Below are positions 47,170 through 56,707 of a stretch of 60,723 nt of DNA, piece after piece. Where the stretch lies: NCBI GenBank assembly GCA_030765585.1, contig JAVCCJ010000034.1, forward strand, positions 1-60,723. Reading direction: 5' to 3'. The position numbers and the translations under genes are program-made. The DNA comes from Candidatus Zapsychrus exili. Lineage in GTDB: Bacteria > Omnitrophota > Gorgyraeia > Zapsychrales > Zapsychraceae. Numbering within the stretch: the stretch's first letter is position 1; each line of letters starts with the position of its first letter. A model generated the notes under the pieces. That model did not search any database, was not told the origin of the DNA, and saw only the letters and a program-made list of their open reading frames with translations.

Positions 47170-49671
47170 ATGCACAATTTAAGAATCATTAAAAAATATA
47201 CACAATTAATATTTATATTATTTGCTATACAAACAATATTTTTTCTAGGCGCGTCAACTACCTTTGCGCAAAATAATAAAAACGAACTATTTTCTATTGC
47301 CCAAAAAGCATTTGATGATGGCTTTTATGACGTTGCTATCAGATACACAGAACAACTATTAGAACGATATCCTCAGACAGAAAAAATAATTCAAGCTAAA
47401 TTACTTTTAGGTCAATGTTACTTTTTCAAAAGCCAATATTTAAAAGCCTACGAAATTTTTAATGAATTACTTCAATATTCAGAATTTAAAGATGTTACAC
47501 TCTTTTGGCTAGGGGAAACATACTTAAAAGGTTCTGATTACACTCAAGCAGAACAACAATATAATCAATTAATAAAAGTTTATCCAGATTCAATATACGT
47601 CCCGCAGGCTTATTATTCTTTAGGTTGGTCTTATTTTGAACAGAACAATTTTAAAAAAGCCAAAGAAATATTAAACAAACTACTTCAAACATTCCCAATG
47701 CATCAATTATCTGAAGATGCTAGCTTTAAACTAGGAGAAATAGCGTACAATCTCAAAGATTATAAATCAGCGATCAATCTCTTCGAAAAATACATAGCAA
47801 CTTACCCTCAATCAACTCGTCATGCTGAAAGCTATTTTTATATAGGAGAATCTTTCTATTCTCTTGGAGACTATCTTACATCAATCACATATTATGCAAA
47901 ATCGGCAGAAATTTCTTTGGACGATAAATTAATAATAATGTCAAAAGTAAGCTTAGGATGGGGCTATTTAAAGCTAGGGAGGCATCAGCTTGCTGAAAAA
48001 AGCTTTAATGACGCGCTTGATGTTGCACAACAAAAAGGAATTCTTTCTGATGATGTGTTCTTGGGTCAAGCAACTCTTTATGCGGGAACAGGGGATAATT
48101 CCAAAGCTCTTGAAGCATATAAGAATATTATAAAGAGCTTTCCTAGCAGTCAAAGAATAAAAGAAGCTTACTTAGGTAGAGCAAACACATATTATCTTCT
48201 TAAGAAATATGCTCAAGCAATAGAATCATACGATGAACTTATAAACAAATTCTCAGAGGACGAATCTAGTCAAGAAATAGTAGAGAAGGCCTACTTCGGA
48301 TTAGCTTGGTCACATCTTAAATCAGGCGATCTTAAATCATCTATAAATAGCTTTGAAACAATTAAAAACAAAACAAAAAGTCAAAGCGCTAAAATAAGTG
48401 CATTAACGCAAATAGGCGATGCCTATCAAGACGCTAATATGCTTGACAAAGCAATAGAAGCATACGATCAAGTGCTCAAAGACTATCCAAACAATCCCTA
48501 CACAGATTATGTTCAATATCGACAAGGAATAGCTCTTTTAAAAATGGATAAGATAGAATCTGCAACACTATCTTTTCAAGGACTAGAAGCTAACTTTCCC
48601 CAAAGCAATTATTTAAATGATATAAAATATTATCTTGCTGTCATTTATTTCAAAAAAGAAGACTGGACCTCTGCGAAAGAACAGGTTGAAGATTTCATAG
48701 ATGGCTTGCCAGAGTCTCATGAATTTCTAGCTGAAAGTTATTACATATTAGCTCTTTCTCAATTCAATCTACAGAAATACGACGAAGCTATAAAAACATA
48801 TAACAAAATCATTAAAAACTATCCCTATCAATCTACAATTATCAAAAGCTCTGAAATAGCAATAGCAAAATGCCTTTATAAAAAAGGTTCCGTAAACGAA
48901 GCCTTAAAAAGGTTTAACTTATTAATAAATAAGTTTCCAAACTCAAGTGTATCGGAAGAAGCGATCATATGGCTCGGAGATCATTATTTAGAAATATCTA
49001 ATTTTGCAACAGCTATAAAACACTACTCTGTTTTTATGGACACCTTTCCTGAGAGCAAAAAATTAAACCTAGTAAAATATCAGCTTGGTCAAGCTTATCA
49101 AGCGCTAGAGAAATATGACGCTGCTGTAAACATATTAAAAGAGATCACTGATAAAAACAGAGAATTATACGCAAAGGCGAGACTAGCAATTGCTCATATA
49201 TTTTCAAGAGATTTAAATGATGATAAAGCTGTCGAGACATATAAAAGCATCATAGAAACATCTCCTGAGCTTAAAAGAGACGCTTATGTCAAAATAGCTG
49301 CTGTATATAAGAGAAATCAAGAGTACAGCAAGGCCCTAGATAGCTACGCCAATGCCTTAAAATCTGATAAACTACTAAGTTCATCGCAAAATTCAGAAAT
49401 ACAATTTTCTATTGGAGATACTTACGAACTTTTAAACAATACAGACAAAGCGGTGGAAGAATATTTAAAAATCCCATATCTTTACCAAAACCAAATAAGC
49501 TGGATAATAAAATCTTATTTAAGGGTAGGAAGAATATTTGAAGACAAAGAAAAATGGGAAGAAGCTAAAATAATCTACAAAAAGATAGTAGGCCATAAAA
49601 CAGATGAATCAAAATTCGCATACGAACGTATTGAGTGGATAGAAGAAAATTCTTTAGAAATTAAACAATAA
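47170..49671 (+). CDS. Exported multi-TPR protein (CpoB/BamD-like repeats)
   Basis: Signal peptide then recurrent TPR helices (A.Y.LG..Y, YP.S..A..A) over about 800 aa. Confidence 0.88.
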   Translation: MHNLRIIKKYTQLIFILFAIQTIFFLGASTTFAQNNKNELFSIAQKAFDDGFYDVAIRYTEQLLERYPQTEKIIQAKLLLGQCYFFKSQYLKAYEIFNELLQYSEFKDVTLFWLGETYLKGSDYTQAEQQYNQLIKVYPDSIYVPQAYYSLGWSYFEQNNFKKAKEILNKLLQTFPMHQLSEDASFKLGEIAYNLKDYKSAINLFEKYIATYPQSTRHAESYFYIGESFYSLGDYLTSITYYAKSAEISLDDKLIIMSKVSLGWGYLKLGRHQLAEKSFNDALDVAQQKGILSDDVFLGQATLYAGTGDNSKALEAYKNIIKSFPSSQRIKEAYLGRANTYYLLKKYAQAIESYDELINKFSEDESSQEIVEKAYFGLAWSHLKSGDLKSSINSFETIKNKTKSQSAKISALTQIGDAYQDANMLDKAIEAYDQVLKDYPNNPYTDYVQYRQGIALLKMDKIESATLSFQGLEANFPQSNYLNDIKYYLAVIYFKKEDWTSAKEQVEDFIDGLPESHEFLAESYYILALSQFNLQKYDEAIKTYNKIIKNYPYQSTIIKSSEIAIAKCLYKKGSVNEALKRFNLLINKFPNSSVSEEAIIWLGDHYLEISNFATAIKHYSVFMDTFPESKKLNLVKYQLGQAYQALEKYDAAVNILKEITDKNRELYAKARLAIAHIFSRDLNDDKAVETYKSIIETSPELKRDAYVKIAAVYKRNQEYSKALDSYANALKSDKLLSSSQNSEIQFSIGDTYELLNNTDKAVEEYLKIPYLYQNQISWIIKSYLRVGRIFEDKEKWEEAKIIYKKIVGHKTDESKFAYERIEWIEENSLEIKQ

Positions 49672-49723
49672 AATATAACTCCCTAAGTCATTATAGTTTG
49701 GGGATAATTAAGGAGGATTCAAA

Positions 49724-50380
49724 ATGGGCGGTGGCATATGGGAAATGAATGCATGGAAGTTAATTTTAACTGGTGGACCAATAATGGCGCCTATACTATT
49801 ATGTTCCTTTTTTGCTTTAGGAATAGTTATTGAGAAAACGATTTATCTCTTCAGCATAAAAACAAATATTGGAGAACTTAAAAAAAAGATTTTTGACTCC
49901 ATAAAAGACAACAAGATAAAAGAAGCTATGTCTCTCTGCGATTCAAATAGATCTCCTATCGCCAAAATATTAAAAGCTGGAATAATCAAATTTGGATGTT
50001 CAAGAGAAGAAATAAAAGAAAGTATGGAAGACGTAAGTCTTTTTGAAATACCAAAGCTTGAAAGTCGACTAAGTGCGCTCGCGACAATAGCTCATATAAG
50101 TCCGCTTTTAGGTCTGCTTGGAACTGTTACAGGCATGACAGCAAGTTTTCATACAATACAGGTTCAAGCTGCGGCCTTAAACCCTGTCACTCCTGGAGAC
50201 CTTGCAGGAGGGATTGGCGAAGCGCTCCTTACTACTGTAGCTGGTTTAATGGTAGCTATACCAACATTTGTTGCTTACAACTATTGCGTCAATAGGGTCA
50301 ATCACGTGATTCTAGATATGGAACGGGCTGCCACAGAACTAACAAATTTCATGTGTCAAATAACAGAAGCTAAAAGTTAA
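49724..50380 (+). CDS. MotA/TolQ/ExbB proton channel family protein
   Basis: ISPLLGLLGTVTGM, GIGEALLTTVAGL.VAIP. Confidence 0.92.
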   Translation: MGGGIWEMNAWKLILTGGPIMAPILLCSFFALGIVIEKTIYLFSIKTNIGELKKKIFDSIKDNKIKEAMSLCDSNRSPIAKILKAGIIKFGCSREEIKESMEDVSLFEIPKLESRLSALATIAHISPLLGLLGTVTGMTASFHTIQVQAAALNPVTPGDLAGGIGEALLTTVAGLMVAIPTFVAYNYCVNRVNHVILDMERAATELTNFMCQITEAKS

Positions 50381-50391
50381 GGGTAGATAAA

Positions 50392-50799
50392 ATGAAATTC
50401 AAACGACATACAAAATTAGAACACGGGTCAGAACAGATAGACTTAGCTCCTTTAGTAGACGTTATTTTTCAGCTTCTTATATTTTTTATGCTCTCATCCT
50501 CGTTTACTTTTCAATCTGGCATAAACGTAAAACTTCCTAAAGCTATAACTAGCGATGTAATAAAGGAAGAGAACCTGGTAGTAACAATAACGAGTGAGAA
50601 TATTATTTATCTAAATGGAACAATAACTACGCTAAAAGAATTAAACGTTCACTTAAGCAAAACAGCTGCCGATAAAAAACGTCCTCTATTAATAAAAGCA
50701 GATAGAAGAGCTTCTGTTGGAAGGATAGTAGACGTCTGGGACCTCTGTAGAAATTTAGGAATCGAAAAAATTAACATCGCGACAAATCAAAATAAGTAA
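50392..50799 (+). CDS. ExbD/TolR family protein
   Basis: IDLAPLVDVIFQLLIFFML with conserved Asp; LIKAD; coupled to the next gene. Confidence 0.92.
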   Translation: MKFKRHTKLEHGSEQIDLAPLVDVIFQLLIFFMLSSSFTFQSGINVKLPKAITSDVIKEENLVVTITSENIIYLNGTITTLKELNVHLSKTAADKKRPLLIKADRRASVGRIVDVWDLCRNLGIEKINIATNQNK

Positions 50800-51257
50800 T
50801 GATACGTCTTCCTAAAACAATAAAATATTTGCTTTTAAAAGCATTACTTTTATCAGTACTTCTGCACATAATAATATTAAAGCTGTTTATATTTACTTTT
50901 CCAACCAAAGTATTGTCACATAAGCCACGTCTAGTTTTTTTAGGACCTATATTAAAAGAAGAAGACATGCTTCAAAAAGTGTCTAGAAAAGATTTTTCTT
51001 CAGAAAACAAAATTTCAAAAGGATTTGTTGGAAAAACAATAAATGCAAATAAAGAAAAATCTCCTCCAACAGAGCTTACTAAACCACTGATTTCTAGGAA
51101 TAATATCAATACTAAATCAAAAAAGACAATAAAATCTATTTTCTTAAAACAAAAAAAGAACACATTAGACAATAAAGCCGTATATGATGACATTGGCATA
51201 AAATTTCAAGACTATCCGTACAAATCGCTTAGGTTTCCTAGTCCAATAAATAAATAA
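50799..51257 (+). CDS. Hypothetical protein with TonB/TolA-like N-terminal anchor and no recognisable TonB C-domain
   Basis: TM helix with S-x3-H (SVLLH), Lys-rich remainder, TAATG coupling to exbD. Confidence 0.5.
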   Translation: MIRLPKTIKYLLLKALLLSVLLHIIILKLFIFTFPTKVLSHKPRLVFLGPILKEEDMLQKVSRKDFSSENKISKGFVGKTINANKEKSPPTELTKPLISRNNINTKSKKTIKSIFLKQKKNTLDNKAVYDDIGIKFQDYPYKSLRFPSPINK

Positions 51258-51299
51258 CCACAGCATGGCAAAGAAAATAATGCTGCTTTAAATTTAATT

Positions 51300-51545
51300 A
51301 TGATAAAAACAGACATCGTATTTTTTATCGCTACAATGCTATCTTCATCAATAGTTCTTGTTTTTGCCTTTTGGCTGTTCTATAATTACAATAAAGATGA
51401 GAATATTTTAAATAAAACTAAATACTTACAACAATGCCCTTACTGCACTCATATATTTTTTGTTTATGAGAAAGAGGACATTCAAACTTGTCCACAATGT
51501 AAAAGCTTCTTAAAAACAAGAAGCGAACAAAACCAATCAGAATAA
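51300..51545 (+). CDS. Small membrane protein with zinc-ribbon-like CxxC pairs
   Basis: N-terminal TM, CPYC...CPQC. Confidence 0.65.
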   Translation: MIKTDIVFFIATMLSSSIVLVFAFWLFYNYNKDENILNKTKYLQQCPYCTHIFFVYEKEDIQTCPQCKSFLKTRSEQNQSE

Positions 51546-51554
51546 AGGTGAGAT

Positions 51555-51866
51555 ATGCTTAAAAATTTAAAAAATAACGAAAACGGAGTTGTTTTCATAA
51601 TGGTTATAGCTATCATAATGGTTATGATGGTTCTTGTAATATCAGTACTTAGCATGAACACCAGTCAAGTCATAAGCACAGAAGATGAGGTTAGACGCAT
51701 TCAAGCAGAAACTCTTGCTATGGGAGCGCTAGATTATTCTTTTGAATTAGCAGAGAATTCAACGCTTGGAACAGGCCCACTATACAACGAGACCATTGAT
51801 GGCACAGTTTTTTCAGTATCAACAGATTTTTCAAGCAGTGACCTAGATATAGATGTAGATTATTAG
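51555..51866 (+). CDS. PilX/GspK-like minor pilin N-terminal protein
   Basis: NENG/VVFIMVIAIIMVMMVL class III-like signal lacking E5; QA..LA..ALDY helix. Confidence 0.6.
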   Translation: MLKNLKNNENGVVFIMVIAIIMVMMVLVISVLSMNTSQVISTEDEVRRIQAETLAMGALDYSFELAENSTLGTGPLYNETIDGTVFSVSTDFSSSDLDIDVDY

Positions 51867-52047
51867 CTATACGCAGGCAACAATACTAACACCAATACCC
51901 TCATTATTTAGAATTATTCCAAACTTCGACAAAATCACTATTTTTTATCATCTATCAAATACCGATTATCCTCCTAAATAATACAGTTTAAATAAATATA
52001 CGACAAATTACACATAAAGCCTTAATTTAAAATAGTTTACAAACATA

Positions 52048-52076
52048 TTGACAAAGTAAGTTTATTATAGTTTAAT
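52048..52076 (+). promoter_or_regulatory. Putative sigma70 promoter of the pil cluster
   Basis: TTGACA-N17-TTTAAT in an AT-rich intergenic region. Confidence 0.45.
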
Positions 52077-52109
52077 TAAGTTTGTAGGCATATATTATGC
52101 ATTATAGGG

Positions 52110-52349
52110 ATGCATTATAAAATATATGTTTTAGCTTGTACGAAAACAAATGGCTATCATATGATGAAAAACTTATTAGACGTAGACGATCTGGCTAAAT
52201 ATCTAAAGCTTCAAAAGCAAACCATTTATAACTGGCTAAACCAGAGGAAGATATCTGGAATAAAAATAGGCGGTGTATGGCGCTTTGATAAGCGAGAAAT
52301 AGATAAGTGGCTAAAGTCTCAGTCAAGAAAAATCAGCAAAAGAAAGTAG
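52110..52349 (+). CDS. Excisionase-family (HTH_17/MerR-like) DNA-binding protein
   Basis: LLDVDDLAKYL.L.KQTIYNW...KI.G.KIGGVWRF....ID.W; alternative start ATG 52161. Confidence 0.85.
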   Translation: MHYKIYVLACTKTNGYHMMKNLLDVDDLAKYLKLQKQTIYNWLNQRKISGIKIGGVWRFDKREIDKWLKSQSRKISKRK

Positions 52350-52434
52350 ATTTATTAATGGCTTGATTTGCTTCATGAGCATTTGAAATAAAGTGACCTT
52401 GACGTCAGCTATTAATTAAATTGATAGGAAAAAT

Positions 52435-54006
52435 ATGACTGCAAACAAACAATTAGGAATTTTCTGGGGAGATGACAAACTATCTTTCTCTGAAATATAT
52501 GGTACATCCTTTGATGAGGAAGCAAATAAGTCCTTTAGCATATCTTATAAAAGAATCAGTATCGGTGGACTAATTGAAGTTGAAGACCAAGAGACAAAGG
52601 CAGAAGAAACTAAACTAGTTGAATCCATAAAAAATACTTTAGCACAAAAAGGGATAGATGGATCCTCTGTTAAGCTGTCGCTACCCACAAGAGACATAAT
52701 ACTCAGATCTTTTGTTGTCCCTTGGGTTCCTCAAAATGAAATGAAAAGAGTAGTTGAATTTGAAGCAAACAAATACTTACCTTTTCCTCTAAGCGAACTA
52801 TCCTATTCTTTTCAATCTTTGACTATAACTCAGAAAGGAAACAAACTCATAAGGATAATATTCGCTGCTATAAAAAAAGATGCGTTAAATAAATATCAAG
52901 AGCTGCTAGAAAGAGCTGGGTTAGGGGTTGATGTTGTAGAGCCTGACCCAATAAGTCTAATAAGAATGTTGACACACCAAGACTTAATACCAAAAAATGA
53001 AGCATTTGCTCTTGTGGTAAAAGAGAGCTCTAGGGGTAAAATTATTATAATCGACCAAGGCATACCTCAGTTTATTAGAGATTTTCAATTAAGAATAAAA
53101 TCATCTGACAACGAAGAAATAAGCCCTGATTTCTTAACAACAAGGTTTGTAAACGAAATTCATGTGTCGCTAGATTACTTTAATAGGATGGGGAGTCAAC
53201 AAAATATAAAGAGCTTAAAATTAATATGTTTTTCTAATTCAGAAAACACAATAAAAGCTCTTGAAGAAAATCTAGATATACCTATTACAAAAATAGAAAA
53301 TGATACCATCTCAACAATAGGACAAGACAATATCGACTTTCTTAATTCATATGGCGCAAGTCTTTTTGGACTAATAGACACCCCTTCAGACCTTAATTTA
53401 TCAGAAAAAAAACTAGCAAACAAATCTGCAACAATAAAAGAGCTACTAAAGAATATTGACTACAAAACAGTACTGCCTATCATAGCAGGATCTATAGCTT
53501 TAATAATAGTTTCATCCATGATGTCAAATTTCTTTATCAAGAAAATAAATGAGAAATTTATTACCCTTAAAGAAAAATTAGGCATATATGAAAATGCTTC
53601 TGTCGAAATCATAGAAAGCAAAAACAACATGTTAAGAGAGCAGCTTGATGTATTTAAAAATATACGAGTAAACAGTGAGATATCTTTATTTTTAAGAGAA
53701 GTGCCAAAAATGTTGCCAGAAGGAGCATGGATTAAAGATTTTAATATAGCATACGTCGAAAAAACTTCTAGAAATAGCGAAACCGGCGAAGACGTTTTAA
53801 ACAAAAGTAAGCCTAAAATAGGTCTAAACGGCTACGTTCATAAAAAAAATACAAACGAGCAATTTAAGATTGCTAATAAATTCCTTAGCAATCTTAAGCG
53901 CAATAAAGAATTTTCTAGTCAGTTTGAAGAAATTGAGCTTCAATCGGCTAAAGCAGAGAAATTAGAACAATACGAACTAACTTCTTTTGAAATTAACTGT
54001 AAATAA
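52435..54006 (+). CDS. PilM-PilN fusion (GspL-like architecture)
   Basis: PilM-like actin-fold region (SLPTRDIILRSF, YLPFPLSEL, VVEPDPISL), TM near residue 345-370, then PilN-like coiled coil and ferredoxin-like region. Confidence 0.7.
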   Translation: MTANKQLGIFWGDDKLSFSEIYGTSFDEEANKSFSISYKRISIGGLIEVEDQETKAEETKLVESIKNTLAQKGIDGSSVKLSLPTRDIILRSFVVPWVPQNEMKRVVEFEANKYLPFPLSELSYSFQSLTITQKGNKLIRIIFAAIKKDALNKYQELLERAGLGVDVVEPDPISLIRMLTHQDLIPKNEAFALVVKESSRGKIIIIDQGIPQFIRDFQLRIKSSDNEEISPDFLTTRFVNEIHVSLDYFNRMGSQQNIKSLKLICFSNSENTIKALEENLDIPITKIENDTISTIGQDNIDFLNSYGASLFGLIDTPSDLNLSEKKLANKSATIKELLKNIDYKTVLPIIAGSIALIIVSSMMSNFFIKKINEKFITLKEKLGIYENASVEIIESKNNMLREQLDVFKNIRVNSEISLFLREVPKMLPEGAWIKDFNIAYVEKTSRNSETGEDVLNKSKPKIGLNGYVHKKNTNEQFKIANKFLSNLKRNKEFSSQFEEIELQSAKAEKLEQYELTSFEINCK

Positions 54007-54018
54007 ATTTTAAAACTT

Positions 54019-54654
54019 ATGAATTTAGAAAAAATAAAAAACTTTATCAACAAACTCAACAATATCAAAATAGAAGATTTTAAGAACATTGATGTTGAAC
54101 AGTTAAAAAATATCAATATATACCAGATTAAAGATTTTATCCTGTCTAGACCAAATGAAGCAATAAAAGTGTTCTTTGTAATGCTATCTATAATAATTCT
54201 TATCAGTATCCGTTCTGGACACGTTAAAGAGACGAGAACATTAAGGGAAAACACAATACAGATGGCGGACATTTTAACATACGTTGAAGAATATAAGGTT
54301 CTTCAAAAAGAATATAATGACTTTATGAAAAGTTTTCCAAAATCAATCCCAAGCTATCAATTATTAAACAAGCTATCTGAGCTTGCTCAATCAAGAGGAA
54401 TAAAAATATTAGATTTTTCTCCAGCAGCAGAAGAAGACAAAAAACTATGGCAACTTGCAACTGTTGATATTTCAATTGAATCAAAAGATTATAAAAGCAT
54501 CATTCTTTTTATGCAAGATATTGAAGATCCTAAACATGCTATGAGAGTAGATACTTGGACCGGGGAAATGCCAAGCGAGCAAACAGAAGGCGCTGCTAAA
54601 AATCTACTTAAAGCCAAAATTACAATAGGCGCAATTAAGTTAAAAAATGAATAA
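54019..54654 (+). CDS. pilO: PilO/GspM-like protein
   Basis: Single TM, coiled coil, LLNKLSELAQSRGI.I..F.P, Y.SI..F..DIE. Confidence 0.7.
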   Translation: MNLEKIKNFINKLNNIKIEDFKNIDVEQLKNINIYQIKDFILSRPNEAIKVFFVMLSIIILISIRSGHVKETRTLRENTIQMADILTYVEEYKVLQKEYNDFMKSFPKSIPSYQLLNKLSELAQSRGIKILDFSPAAEEDKKLWQLATVDISIESKDYKSIILFMQDIEDPKHAMRVDTWTGEMPSEQTEGAAKNLLKAKITIGAIKLKNE

Positions 54655-55189
54655 AAAATATTTAATACTAGTCCTATTTTTATTGTCATTAACTTCGTTA
54701 TCTTATGGAAAAGATACTGTATCTAGTGACTCTAAACTGCAAAATACTTATGATTTAAGCGACCTAAGAAATCCTTTTCTTCCTCAATTACCTGTTAAAG
54801 AAAAAGAAACTATTAAAAAAGAAGTTAAAAAAGAAACTCAAATAGACAGAATAAAAAAAGAACGCACTAAAGTTAAAAAAATAAAACCTATTAAGAAAAG
54901 GGTCAAAAAGAAAACTGTGGTTCCTAAAATAGATAAGGCAGTACAAGAGGTTGTGTCTGAGGAGAAAAAAACATTAAAAGAAGTATTAGAGCCGACTGCG
55001 CCTGAGATTAAAATAACAGGTCTAATATGGAACTCGGAAAAACCTCAAGCGATAATAGAAGGCAAAGTTGTCAACATAGGAGATGCCTTGCCATATAAAA
55101 GTAAAAAAGATGTAATAAAAATAATCGCTATTCGTAAATCCGAAGTTGACATTAACTTTAGAGACAAAATATTTACAATAAAACAATAA
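54647..55189 (+). CDS. PilP/GspC-like periplasmic protein without lipobox
   Basis: Signal peptide with no Cys, DLRNPF motif, ITGLIWNSEKPQAIIEGKVVNIGD beta domain. Confidence 0.6.
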   Translation: MNKKYLILVLFLLSLTSLSYGKDTVSSDSKLQNTYDLSDLRNPFLPQLPVKEKETIKKEVKKETQIDRIKKERTKVKKIKPIKKRVKKKTVVPKIDKAVQEVVSEEKKTLKEVLEPTAPEIKITGLIWNSEKPQAIIEGKVVNIGDALPYKSKKDVIKIIAIRKSEVDINFRDKIFTIKQ

Positions 55190-55201
55190 AAGGAGTGCTA
55201 T

Positions 55202-56704
55202 ATGAACAAGAACGATTTTTATAAATTATTAAAAATGACATTTATTTTGTTAATGTTTATGTTAATAACAACGTCCTCAGATGCGCTAAATTTTTCTGAT
55301 ACAAGCGTATTTATCTACCCTGAATTTGAAGAAACGGTATCTATGGACTTTAAAGATGCTTCTCTAAATGACGTCTTAAAAATATTCTCTCAACAGTCTA
55401 ACCTAAACTTTATAGCAGCAGCAAATGTTTCAGACAAGAAAGTCAATCTTTACTTGAACAATGTAAGTATAGAGGAAGCTCTTGAGAGAATTCTATCTGC
55501 TAATAACTTAACATATGAAATTACTCCAGGAAGTAATATTTTTACCGTTAAAGCTCTCAATAGACCAGAAAAACAGCTAGTAACTCACGTATATAGACTA
55601 AAGCATGCGTCTGTATCTTCTGCTAAAATAACAAAAGAAATTGGCAGTTCTAGCGATTCAGATAGTTCAAGCTCAGAAACTTCAGACTCAGATAGTTCAG
55701 AAGAAGGCTTGATATCTGCTATTGAATCTCTATTAACAGAGGATGGATCTATCGTAGAAGACGCTAGAACAAATAGTATTATAGTTACAGATATTCCTAG
55801 CATATTTCCATCAATAGAACAAACAATTACGAAATTGGATATTAGGATTCCGCAAATTCTAATAGAAGTTGAGATGCTTGATATATCAAAATCTACTACA
55901 GAGCTATTAGGGTCTAAATGGGGCAATACTCCTCTAAGTATAACGGGCGGCGAAAGAAGTGACTACCTTCCTTTTAATCTAAACAATGCTATGGACACCC
56001 CGGCAAGTAGCGGCATTGAAGACAGGTACACCACAGGTACTGTTTCATTTGCAGGACTAACTTATATTTTACAATTTTTAAGAACACAAACTGATACTAA
56101 AAATCTTGCAAGACCTAGAATACTTACTCTAAACAATCAAACAGCTGAAATAAAAATTGTAACAGATGAAGCAATAGGCAGTGTAAACAGTCAAACAACT
56201 TCTGAGGGGTCATCAACTTCTGCGCTAGAAGCTGAAAGAGTTCAAACAGGTGTGTTTCTAAAAGTAACACCTCAAGCGAACATAGAGACAGGCGAAATAA
56301 CTCTTGCTATTGAGCCTAGAGTTATTCAAGCTAGAACGGGTCAAACTTTTGGAGCTAACACCTATAAAGACCCTGAAGAAAGAGGAACAAAATCAATACT
56401 ACGAGTAAAGGATGGTGATACCGTAATACTCGGAGGACTATTAAGAAACGATATTTCTAACACAAAAACATGGGTGCCTTTTATTGGAAGAATACCTATA
56501 ATAGGGTCCCTATTTAAGCATAAAGATAAAGCGGAAACACAAAGAGAGTTGATTGTCTTTATAACACCACACATAATACAAGAAAATGTAGACTTTAAAG
56601 CTCAAAAAAATAATAGAAAAATAACCAGGGAACAAGACATGCCTTTTAGAAGATTTAATATGGTCGACAAAGAGCTTTCTTCAATAGAAAGGAGTAATTT
56701 CTGA
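55202..56704 (+). CDS. Secretin (PilQ/GspD family, short form)
   Basis: VSMDFKDASL.DVL STN domain, IVEDARTNSIIV, QILIEV, ARPRILTLNNQTAEI, VPFIGRIPIIGSLFK. Confidence 0.92.
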   Translation: MNKNDFYKLLKMTFILLMFMLITTSSDALNFSDTSVFIYPEFEETVSMDFKDASLNDVLKIFSQQSNLNFIAAANVSDKKVNLYLNNVSIEEALERILSANNLTYEITPGSNIFTVKALNRPEKQLVTHVYRLKHASVSSAKITKEIGSSSDSDSSSSETSDSDSSEEGLISAIESLLTEDGSIVEDARTNSIIVTDIPSIFPSIEQTITKLDIRIPQILIEVEMLDISKSTTELLGSKWGNTPLSITGGERSDYLPFNLNNAMDTPASSGIEDRYTTGTVSFAGLTYILQFLRTQTDTKNLARPRILTLNNQTAEIKIVTDEAIGSVNSQTTSEGSSTSALEAERVQTGVFLKVTPQANIETGEITLAIEPRVIQARTGQTFGANTYKDPEERGTKSILRVKDGDTVILGGLLRNDISNTKTWVPFIGRIPIIGSLFKHKDKAETQRELIVFITPHIIQENVDFKAQKNNRKITREQDMPFRRFNMVDKELSSIERSNF

Positions 56705-56707
56705 TAT

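Noticed and set aside
52110-52349. Prophage or integrative element inferred from the excisionase-like gene
   Set aside because: No integrase, att repeats or phage genes; flanks are envelope and pilus genes
55645-55705. Ser/Asp-rich low-complexity tract in the secretin
   Set aside because: Such flexible loops are common in secretin N-domains
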